DNA of 64,000 bases from Sminthopsis crassicaudata. Its lineage: Eukaryota. Shown piece by piece: positions 1-11,600 of this stretch (position 1 is the first letter of the stretch; each line of letters opens with the position of its first letter). The notes under the pieces were generated by a model, which was given only the letters and a program-made list of their open reading frames with translations, ran no database searches and had not been told where the DNA came from. The translations under genes were made by a program, and so were the position numbers. The stretch is taken from assembly GCF_048593235.1 (NCBI RefSeq), contig NC_133622.1:249678055-249742054 (forward strand), written 5' to 3'.

Positions 1-410
1 CACACACACATTCACACACACTCACACCCACCACCCACACACTCACACACATTCACTCACGCCCACCACACACACGCTCACACACTCACACCCACCCACC
101 ACACATACACTCACACACACTCCACGCTCACACACACGCACTCACACACATGCACACTCACACACTCTCTCACACACACCCTCACACTCTNNNNNNNNNN
201 NNNNNNNNNNNNNNNNNNNNNNNNNNNNNNNNNNNNNNNNNNNNNNNNNNNNNNNNNNNNNNNNNNNNNNNNNNNNNNNNNNNNNNNNNNNNNNNNNNNN
301 NNNNNNNNNNNNNNNNNNNNNNNNNNNNNNNNNNNNNNNNNNNNNNNNNNNNNNNNNNNNNNNNNNNNNNNNNNNNNNNNNNNNNNNTCACACACACTCC
401 ACGCTCACAC
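1..410. repeat. Degenerate (CA)n/CACT simple repeat with N block 191-387
   Basis: cacacacacattcacacacactcacaccc... on both sides of the Ns. Confidence 0.95.
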
Positions 411-2680
411 ACGCATCCTTGTCCTCCAGGAGGAGCGAGAGCTGTGGCCGTGCCCATGGACTCCTTGGCTTCCGGGGCAGAAGCCGGGACGCGCCTCTCA
501 CTGGCTCTCCCGCTTTGCTAACCAGTTGCTGACTCTGCCTCCCAAGCTCCTCCAGGACCCCCATCTCTCAGCCCTGCTTCCCCGCTCAGCTACTCAGCTT
601 GGCCGCTTAATTTAATTAAGCCCCATGTTGTTCGCCCCAGCGGTCACGAGCAGTGTCCAGCACAGATGGCGGGAGCCCACGATGCTCGGACGGACGCCAT
701 CGTGGGCAGGGCCGGACTCCGTCGGGAGACCATAGCCTTCTGGAGCGAGGAGGGGGAGAGGCAATAGGAAGAGAGGGTCTCCGCCCCCAGAAACTCGCCA
801 GGGTCCCCCATCCTTTGTCCGGGAATCTCCACACCTGTCCTTCCAGCTCCAGGCCTCCAGCCTCCATTTTGCCAGCTGTAAAATGGGAATATTCCTAGCA
901 CTTCTTTGAAGGGCCGCGATTGGCCCACAGGAGGTGCTCTCAGTGCTCATAGAGACCGAACCACCTTCTGCGGGCAAAGCCCCCCATGCTCAGTCACGGG
1001 ACCGAGAACGCCCCGGGCGGGCTGGGGACACATCCAGGCGTTTTCACTGAGGGAGGGGAGGCAGAGCCTAAGGGTCTCGGCACAGGTTCGGTCGGGCCCC
1101 GCCTGGTGGGTGAACACAGAGGGGATTGACCCCCATTTACACCCCCTCCCCACTCAAGCCCAGGACATTCGGCCGCCCCCCCCCCCCCCCCCCCCCGAGG
1201 AAGGATGAAGCAGCTCCCGGCGCCACTGAGGGGACGCGGCTGGGCAGCTGCAGAAGGACCGGGAGCGGAAGAGTCCGGAGAGGCTGCGGGGTTCCCGCGG
1301 ACCGGGGCGCACGGACACAGCAGACCCAGGAGGACGCGCTTGCGGGCCGCGAGGGGCGCCGAAGGCCGGCCCGTGACGGGGCCACAGGAGAACTGCCTCG
1401 GCCGGGCCTCCCAGCGGCGCGGCAGCTGGTCAGTGTCCGTCCCCGCCGATGTCTACGCCCCCCTTCTCCCTGCTGGAGCCTCAGAAACCTGGCGGAGTGC
1501 GGGGAGACGCGGGGGAGAGCCCGACCTGCGGGGGGGCTGGGGGGCTCGGGTTTGGGGCGGCGCCTGCTGCATCAGAGACCCAGTTACGTAAGAGGAAGCG
1601 ACGATTCCCGGGGTCTTCCTCCCTGGGCCGCCTCCTCCCCCATCCTCAGGACGGGGACCCTCAGCAGAGGCACCGGGGGCAGAGGACTTGGGGGGCTGGG
1701 GGCTCTCTGCCGCTCGGGTCCTCCTGCGGGGGGTCTGCGGCCTGACTGCGCGCGGGTCCTCCTGCGGGGGGTCTGCGGCCTGACTGTGTGCGGCCCCTCC
1801 CGTTTCCTCCTTTCTGTCCCCCCCCTTCGGTCCGTGACCGCGGGAGCCCAATTACCCGTGGCTCACAAAGACCCCCGAGTCCCGGGGCGCGCGGCTCCTG
1901 CTCGAGCTTCCGGAGGAATTAGGCCCACGCGGCTTCATGAGGCAGAGTGAGGTTTACGGCGGGCCAGACCCTCGCTCCCTCAGACTTTCACTCCCCTAAT
2001 AAACAGGCGGATTTAGTGGCTGGGGAGTTAAGGAGGCCGCCCACTACACCAACCCGGGCGCCGGCAAGGGGCTGAACCCCCAGGCCGGGAAGAGCTCCCC
2101 CCAGAGGCTCCGGCTCCCAGAGATGAGTCCTCAGCGACCCGACCCCCCCCCAATTCCCAGAGATTTTTGACCCCAACGGCCTGTCCGACTGCACAGGAGG
2201 GAGACCCTAAGAGAGGAACAAGCCGACCGGCTGGAAATGCCTGGGGGGAGCCACAGACTCAGAGCTGGGGGGGGGCCGGGCCCTCGTTTCATGAGGGGGA
2301 AGTGAGGTGAGCACAGAGCCCGCCAGCAGGCGAAGGGGCAGCGTCCAGCTCTCAGGAGGCAGGGAAGGAGCCGGGAGACATCTGCCCCCGCCTCCTCCTT
2401 CCCTCTGGGAACGCTGCAGGCGCCCCGCTCCCCCACAGGCCCTCTCTTCTCCCCCGCGCCCCTGCCGCCTCTGCAGTCACCAAGCTGACCCCTGACAAAG
2501 CGCCCCAGCCACGTGCGGGCTCTGAACGCCGGGCCAGGCCGCCGGGCCGGACGAGCAGGTGGCCCCAGAGGAGGGGCTGGAACCAGAGGAGGGGCTCTCC
2601 AGGGGAGGCCCCCGGGAAGGAGCCACCGGCTCCGCTTCTCACAGATGCCCCGCGGGACACAAAGCGAGGCTGGCACTCAC

Positions 2681-5600
2681 CCGCGTTCACGATGGCGTCC
2701 ACCTCCAGCTTGGTGATGTCTCCCCGGAAGAGCGAGATTTTGTCATTCAGGGCCTTGTCCTTCTTGTACTGCGGCTCCTCCTCCTTGCTGGCCGCCCCTG
2801 AAAAGGTCACAGGAGCCTTGGCCAGGGGCTCGGGCCGTGCCCGCAGGGGGCGCCACCCTGCCCCTCCCTGGTGACCCGGCTCCAAGGTCGGCTGCAGAGC
2901 AGGGGGGGCCCTCCTGAGCGGTGCCCACCAGAGAGCCTGGCACCGCGGGCGGCCCCAGGAAAAGGACCTCCCCTCACCCCTGCCCAAGCACCGGGCAGAA
3001 AAGGGCTCCACGTGCCTTGGGGAATGGAGTCTCCACACCGGGAGGTCCATGTCCCGTGAAATCCCAGGCCCAGCCCCCGCTCCCGCCCCAGCGCACAGCA
3101 CAGTGCCCGGCACATGACGGGCAAGTGTAATAGCGCTTATTCCTGTTCTGTTGTTATTTGTGTTATTGCGGGCGTCTTGTCTATCGTTATAATAATCACT
3201 GAGGGTAAGAATAAGCTCCTCTGATTGAAGGAGGGCACGGCCGTGACCCAGTGTCCGGCGGGAGGCACCGAGGCAGCGGTGGGAGGGAGGCACTGAGCCG
3301 CAGTCCCTGGGACCCCCGAGCTGCAGCCCCCGGGGGCTCCTCCTACCTTTCCCCATGTCCTTCCAGGTGGGGATCTTCTTCAGCTTGATAAAGTCCCTGC
3401 AGAAGTAATGCTCCTCCCTCTGCTTGTCACTCAGGCCCTTCAGGAAAGCTGTGGGAGGGGGCGGGGAAGGAGAAAGAATAAAAGCTTCAGGCCCGTCCCA
3501 AGCACTCTGGGAGGAGGGGCCCTCATTGTTCCCACTGCACAGATGAGAAAACTGAGGCACAGAATGGACGCCGCCCAGGAAGCTCCTCCCTCAGTCGGAC
3601 CAGGGCCAGGGAGGGAGGCGACGCCCCCTCGGAGAGACCAGGCTGGTCCCCTGACTGGGCTAGGGTCTGCCGCCCGTCTGCTCGCCCACGCCCAAACAGC
3701 CTGTCTTCTCTTTCAGTCTTTCCCCCAGGACCTGACGTGCCTCAGTCTCCCCGTCTGTAAAATGGGAGGATTGGAGTACGTGACCCCTGAGTCTCCTGGC
3801 TCTAGACGCATCCTGGACAACCCCCGGGCCCCATCGAGGATTCTCTGCCACTTCTGGACCCCACAGCTCCTCCTGACACGCTGCCCAAGGGGGAGACGAC
3901 TCCTGGCAGGGCGGGCCGGGGGCCGGGAGGGGGGCACAGGGAGGGCCCGGGAAGCTCTGAAGACCTTCATTCTGGGATTCCAGAAAATGGCACCAGGGCC
4001 TCGGCTCAGCAGGTGGACAGAGGCGGGCAAGATGGCGGCTCAATGGCACCACCTGGAGGCCGTTCTGGGGCCCGCAGCCGCCTCCTGGAGCGCCCAGGCC
4101 TGCTTTTCTCTCCTTGTGAATTACACAATTGAACAAAAGTAAGATAATAGAGCTGGAGGTGAAAGGGACTGGGGGCTCTGGTTTCACAGACAGGGAAACC
4201 GAGGCAAAGACAAAGGTGGGGGGAAGGCCTGGAGCCCGAGGCCCGAGCAGCTTTTTGGGGCTTTTCCCAGCCCAGCAGGACCCCCCTCCCCCCTAACCAA
4301 GGGCCTGCTGCGGACCTGGGGAGGGACACGCGGGACGGAGAAAAACCCAGAGCTCCAAATCGGCTGAAAAGGGAACGCGTGCTAGGAGGCGGAAACGGCT
4401 CAGTTGGGGGGAGCCCAGCAAGCCCTAGGGCAGCTTCCCCTTATCACACACTCAAAATGGGGGTAAGTAAAGGGGGCTGATGGGCCCCTCAGAACTCAGA
4501 GCCCCCAAACTGCCCCCAGCCAGCTCCCTCCGGCTCACTCTCCCCGCCCGGGGCCCCCTTCCCCCTCCGACTCTGGCCCGGCTGGCCCCGGCTTCAGAGG
4601 CCCAGGCTCTGTGGGCTCCATGGGCTCCCAAGGCTCTGTGGGCTCCCGAGGCTCCCGAGGCTCTGTGGGCTCCCGGGGCTCCCGAGGCTCCGTGGGCTCC
4701 CAAGGCCCCATGGGCTCCTGGGGCTCCATGGCTCTCGAGGCTCCGTGGGCTCCCGAGGCTCCATGGCTCTCGAGGCTCCGTGGGCTCCCGAGGCTCCATG
4801 GCTCTCGAGGCTCCGTGGGCTCCCGAGGCCCCGTGGGCTCCCGAGGCCCCGTGGGCTCCCGAGGCTCCGTGGGCTCCCGAGGCTCCCGAGGCCCCGTGGG
4901 CTCCTGGGGCTCCATGGCTCCCGAAGCTCCGTGGGCTCCCGAGGCTCCGTGGGCTCCCGAGGCTCCGTGGGCTCCCGAGGCTCCGTGGGCTCCCGAGGCC
5001 CCATGGGCTCCCGGGGCTCTGTGGGCTCTCGAGGCTCCGTGGGCTCCACAGGCTCCCGAGGCCCCGTGGGCTCCCGAGGCTCCGTGGGCTCCCGAGGCTC
5101 CCGAGGCCCCGTGGGCTCCCGAGGCTCCGTGGGCTCCCGAGGCCCCATGGGCTCCCGGGGCTCCGTGGGCTCTCGAGGCTCCGTGGGCTCCGTGGGCTCC
5201 CGAGGCCCCGTGGGCTCCCGAGGCTCCGTGGGCTCCCGAGGCTCCCGAGGCCCCGTGGGCTCCCGAGGCTCCATGGGCTCCATGGGCTCCCAAGGCTCCG
5301 TGTGATCCCGAGGCTCCGTGGGCTCCCGAGGCTCTGTGGGCTCCCGAGGCTCTGTGGGCTCCCGAGGCTCCGTGGGCTCCCGAGGCTTCATGGGCTCCAT
5401 GGGCTCCCAAGGCTCCGTGTGATCCCGAGGCTCCGTGGGCTCCCGAGGCTCTGTGGGCTCCCGAGGCTCTGTGGGCTCCCGAGGCTCCACAGGCTCCCGA
5501 GGCCCCGTGGGCTCCCGAGGCTCCGTGGGCTCCCGAGGCTCCCGAGGCCCCGTGGGCTCCCGAGGCTCCGTGGGCTCCCGAGGCCCCATGGGCTCCCGGG

Positions 5601-8600
5601 GCTCCGTGGGCTCTCGAGGCTCCGTGGGCTCCGTGGGCTCCCGAGGCCCCGTGGGCTCCCGAGGCTCCGTGGGCTCCCGAGGCTCCGTGGGCTCCCGAGG
5701 CTTCATGGGCTCCATGGGCTCCCAAGGCTCCGTGTGATCCCGAGGCTCCGTGGGCTCCCGAGGCTCCATGGGCTCCATGGGCTCCCAAGGCTCCGTGTGA
5801 TCCCGAGGCTCCGTGGGCTCCCGAGGCTCTGTGGGCTCCCGAGGCTCTGTGGGCTCCCGAGGCTCCGTGGGCTCCCCATCCTGCTTCCTGCTTGGGACAC
5901 TTCACTTCCCCCCCACCCCCTCTGCGCACACACACAGCAAGCTCTTAATGCAAACACAGGCCCACTAACACGCGCCTTAATGCGGGTAGGAGACCGCATG
6001 GGACATTTCCCAAGGTCTTCCAGGCAGCAGCGCGGAGGGCTCAGGAGCCGGGCCAGGAGCAGTACAGGAGCAGGGCCTACTCTGAGCATCAGGCCGAGGG
6101 ACCCTCCTCTAAGGCAGGGCTGGAGCCCCTGGCAGTCAGTGGGCCCCCTCAGAATAAGAGTCAGGGATGCTGCGTAACAGGACAATTACCAAAACCAGCC
6201 ATCAGAGTAGTTATAAAAGCAAGTTCACAGCCCTGCATTGATAATACTACTACTAATAATAATGAACATAATTGTTGTTCGGTGGTTTTCTCAGTCACGA
6301 CCCCACTGGGGTTTTCCTGGCAAGGACACAGGAGCGCTCGGCCATCCCCTCCTCCGCTCATCTGACAGCAGAAGAAGCTGAGTAAAGAGACTTGCCCAGG
6401 GTCACACAGCTAGTGCGCATCTGAGGCTGGGTCTTAACTCAGGAACTCCAGGCTCGACACTAGTTGCTGTCTGTCACAATAATGGCCCCTATTTATATTA
6501 TATATAATAAATTATATAGTTTACATAATATAGAATAATGTCATGCTTTAAGGCTCTCCCTTAATCCTCACCGACTCCCTGTGAGATGAAGCCAGATTCA
6601 TTTTACAGGGGAAGAAACCGAGACCGAGAAGTGTAAAGTTCTGTCGTCTCCAGACGCTGCCGATCGCTCTCTGAGAGGAGATCTGCTGTGTCAACTCAAA
6701 TCTCTCGGACAGATTCTTCTTCCTGTAGAGAGCCCTTGTCTCCAGACAGTTGCTGTCGACTCTGGTCCAGAGAAGTGACTTCTTCTTCCTCCGGAGAGTC
6801 TGGCCCAGACAAGAGACTATCTCTGGAGTGCTGTCCTCTTTTATCCTCCCAGAGAATGGGCATGGGATAACGCAAGGGCTTCTGGGGAAAATTACTTCAG
6901 CCAATGAACTTGCTCCTCCTAAGCATGCAAGCTCTTCCCCAGGAGTTCACAGAAGTAAAACTCCCAGTCATGCCCAGAACTAGAGAATTGTTAAGTACAG
7001 ACTTAGCACTTAGTAAGAACCTAATATCTCATTATCTCATTAGCACTTAGTAAGAACCTAACAGAGAAGTCACCTGCACAATTTAAAAATGACAAGTTTA
7101 CCTCATCTATTTCTTAAAAACCTGCTGGGTTAAATGACTAAAGCATCACTTACTGAGTTAGAAAACAATAGGAAAGTTCATCCGGAAGAAAAGAGGGTCA
7201 GAAATTTTGAAGAAACCGGGGAGAGGAAATGTAAGGAAGGAGATTCAGCAGCAGCAGCTCTTAAAGCCTATCCTACAGGAGAGCCTCGCCCAAGTGTAAA
7301 ACGGGGAAACTGTGATTTTTTTTTTAAGTTAGAATTTTCTTGTGTCATAAAATCCGCGTAGCCGAGAATGGAAGGAGTGCAGAAAACTGGGGAAACCGTT
7401 TCCTGTTATGGGCCAGAACTTGAAACAAGGCGCTAAGTCAGGGGAACTGATAGAGACAGTGGTTGTTTAGCATGGAGCTTAACAGTTCTCTAGGTCAGTT
7501 CATGTACTTAGTACTTAGTACAGTTCTACAGGATGCACACCTTTGATAAGAGAGCACATATAAGCTTGGGCCTGAGCCAGGATTCAGTGGCGAGATTCAG
7601 AGGCCAGAGAAGGCAGGCGGGAGCTCAAGCTCTCGGAACCAAGGCCAGACGGAAAGGCCTCCAGAAAGCTGCCCAGCCCCAGGAAGGAGAGAATGAAGGA
7701 CGACAAGAAAGCTAACCGGGCTCGGAGACAAGACTTGGAAAGAGACAATAAAGGATTTGGACTTGAACCCCTGACTGCATTTGGGGGATCACTAAATTGA
7801 AACAAAGGCTGCTCCCAGAAACCCCAAGGAAACCGCAACAAGAGAAGACTACATCTTAGAGAGAATATTACAATTTCCCACTCTCTGGGGGGGCGTGGTT
7901 GGGTGGGGATCTTGCTGGGGCAAATGCGGAGCGGGCTGATTTTCAAAAACAGGGAAAGACCTGAACTGATGAAGGGAGACGCCGTCCATCTTCAGAAAGA
8001 GAGAGAATAGGAGGAAACAAGCAGAGTGTGATCTTGCGTGCATGTACGTGAGAACGTTTAGTCACATCTATACACATATGTATTAAAATGTACAGACAAA
8101 CACGCAAAGATAGCTACAAGTGCATATGAATACATATGAGTGGTTTCTAGCTATCTGTGCTTACACACACACACGTACATACGGACAGAGGCAGAGACAA
8201 AATGACCACTCTCAGGGAGAGGAAGGAACAGGAAAAAGTCGAGTACAAAGTGCGCAGCAGAGAGCAAAAGAAAACCCCCAGGCAAGAAAATCTGGGCGAC
8301 TTGGAAAACCACATGTGGCACTTATTGTTTTCCTGGGATGGCAATTTATTCTTTTGTACTGAATTCTCAATCCTCTCGGGCCCCGCTCTGCACATATACT
8401 TTCTCCCCTTTTTTTTCATTTTGGATTTTAATTCAAAATGAAAAGAAATTTGCGTGTGATGCGCTGGGGTCACCCAGATAGGAGGGAGCTATTCAGAAGC
8501 AGGATTAGAACTCGGGTTTTCCTGTTTCCAAATCTAGCGTGCTGTTCATTCACGGCCTCTAGTAAAGACGAAGACCCTTACTCTAGAGGGTTAAGTCCCA

Positions 8601-11600
8601 GAGAAGGTACTGAGCTGCACTGGTGAAGAGACGTCCTCGTGGGAGCGCAGTTTTCCTGGGCCTCAGTTTCCCCATCTGTGGCCGCCCATCTCTAAGGTCC
8701 TATCCAGTTCCATTCTGTGGGAACAGCCCCCCACTATGAAGAGAGCTTTCTAAAAAAGACCCAAAGCTGCAAATGCTTCCCACTAACCCCCACCCTCGGC
8801 CCCTTTCCTCACCCCCTTGAACCCGGTGGAGGGAGCCTGGCCGCAGTCCTGACCCAGTAATCCGCGGCGCTGGCACAGAGAAGCAGAATCTCACAGGGGT
8901 TGGGGGGGGTCTCATAAATGAGAGAGAAAGGTCCCACAGGGCTGGAGGGTGGAGTTGGGAGAGAACGGGGGTCTCCTGACCCAGCAGAAGCGGCAGGGCG
9001 CCTCCCAGAGAGGAGGGGGAGGAGGGATGAAGAAAAGAGCACTGATCCCTATACAGACTAGGGGGAGGCAGCTGCAGGGCAGAAGGGAAGGCCCAGAGGG
9101 AGCACTGAGATCTGAATGGAGCACCGAGCGGATACGGAGTCAGATCTGGACTCGAATCTCACTCTGAGTGACCGCTGGAAAGTCTTCAGGCTCTTCCTTC
9201 CAGCTTCCGGGATCAGATTAACAGCCAATGACCCGGGTTCAGGAACACTAGGGGTGACTGTTCACACTTTCCAAGGGCCGCGCGACCTTGGCCACCACTG
9301 TCCTTGGACAGGGCCGGCCCTCTGCTTGTCCAGCCTTCGAGACCCTGTGGTCCTCCCCACAGAACTGCCCGGTAGGAGGGCACCAAGCTGGGCAGCCAAT
9401 GGTACCCTCTCCTCCCAAGGTACTTGAGGACTGTGAAGCCCTGAAGTTGGGACAACGTGGGGCAGTCCCCTTCCCCTCCCCAGGATTCTCGGCTTCTCCA
9501 TCTCTACCTGAAATGGACCTGGACGGTCTCCGGGGCCCCAGCTCCGACGGTCCCAGATTTCATGGAGAACGAAGGCAGCCGGGGGGGGCCTCCTTGGTCA
9601 GGCAGGGGCAGTCCTTCTCCTTTCAGGGACCCCAAGGCCCAAAACCTCAGCCCCCCAGGGCAGAAAGCCATGAGAGGGGAGGGCCCCGTGGCCTCCATCT
9701 CCAGCCACGGGGGGCCCTATGCTCCCCCCTCCAGCCACAGAGGGCAGCTCAACGAGCCCTCATAAAAGCCCTAACACAGACATCCTTGCTTTCTATCTTG
9801 AGAGAACGGGTATTTCACAGCTGACTGGAGCAGGTGTATAAAAAGATGTTCGCCATAAATTGTGAGAGCGCACCTGACCTGGAAAGGGGTTTCCCAGCTT
9901 GTCGGGGGGCCGGGAGCGAGCGCGGCCCTCCTCGGGTCGGGCGGGGGAGCCAGCTCAGCCGGGACCATAAAAGCCCGGGTTAAATGGTCTGTTTTAAGAA
10001 GTGCTCGCTGGGAGGGGAGAGCCGGCGATGGCACGTGTCTTGGGGGAAGCGGCAGGCCCGAGGTGTACCCGGCCTGTTCTCACCAGGAGTTCAGAGCGCT
10101 GACTCTGGACACTCTCACTGGGGTTTTTGTGCCTTGGTTTCCTCATCTATAAAATGGGTATGATAATAGCCCCCAGAGTTGGTGGGTGCGCTGCACTCTC
10201 TCTTCCCACCCTCACCCCAACCCTGGGAGAGGTCGCCCCTGTTTCCTTCACCCTGGTTCTGCTCTGTCGGTTCCTCCCAGCCCAGACTGCAGCCCGCCCA
10301 CCCACATATCCACGGCCTGCCAGGAGCTGCCGGCCTTCACTCTTCCAGGGCACGGGCGTGTCCCGTGATAGGGAATAACAGGAGTCCAGATGTGGGGCCT
10401 CCAAACGCTCTGTGACCTCCGAGGGGCAGAGCCCGGCTGCGCCCCCGCCCCCGTCGGGGAGGGAGCCAGACCTGAGAGTGGCCCAGGCCCGGACGAGCTC
10501 AGGCTCCAGGCACTCCCCAGAGCACCGTGGGGGTTCCCAAGTGATCCCCGAGGTGTGAGGTGCTGCAGAGGGAAAAAATGAAACAATCTCTGTCCGCAGA
10601 GGCCTCCCACTCTGACCCACAGCTGCTGAGCCTCCGCAGGGAGGAGCAGGGGCTCTGACCCAGTCATAATGGCGGCCGGGAACCTCGGACAGACCATGCA
10701 GGGGAGCAGGGAGCCTCTGAGAACTTCTGGAGTTCCCCGAGGGGACGCCCCCAGGTGGGGAACACTGCCGGGATGAGAGTTCTAAAGGACAGGCCCAGAG
10801 GGACTTATGGGAACTGATGCTGAGCGAAGTGACAGAGCCAGGAGGTCACTGCACACAGCAATAGCATAATTAATAAAGTAAATAATGTGTTTATTTAAAT
10901 AATATTTAAATATATATATATATATATATACTATGTATTAAAATGTATAACTGAACATATATTTATTTGTACTTATTCACGTAAATATATTTATTTATTT
11001 TATTTATTAAATATATATTTAATATAATATATATTTAAATATAGTATATATTAATAAATGGAATTTAAATAATAATGAATAAAAATAATTAATAACTAGC
11101 AAAAGTATAATATGATGATCAATTCTGCAGGCCGTGGCTCCCCTGTGCAACGGGCACTTCCAACAGACTTGTGATGGAGGCAGCCGTCCGCATTCGGAGA
11201 GACTGAATGTGCATCAGAGCAGGTACTGGCCCTTTTGGTTGCTTTCTAGGCTTTTTCTTTCTCCTGTTCTTTCCCCGTCGATCTGACTTTTCCAGATGAC
11301 AAACAGGGAAACGTATTTAGGAGAAGTGCCCGTCTTTAAGCTATAACAGACTGTTTCCCGTCTTGGGGAGGGGGAAGGAACATTTGGAACGTCAAGGTTT
11401 TACAAAGGTGAATTTTTACAAGGTGTAAAAAAGGAAAACTTTGGAAAAATAAAATACTATAAAAATTATATTAAAAATACTACAAAGAAAAGAAAACAAA
11501 TAACATAAAAAAAGAACTCAAATTCCCCCAAAATTAAAAAAAAAAAATCCAAATCACAAAAATAAAAAGTACCCCTTGTTCTGCCTGAACTTCAGGGGTT

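Noticed and set aside
1715-1790. 38-bp tandem duplication, and C20 run at about 1177
   Set aside because: Ordinary local slippage products with no functional context.
4480-6177. ORFs of 394-565 aa (collagen-like GSRGSV, PREPTE, WAPEAP, HGASGA)
   Set aside because: They are translations of a stop-free minisatellite, open in several frames on both strands and switching register at indels. There is no exon context.
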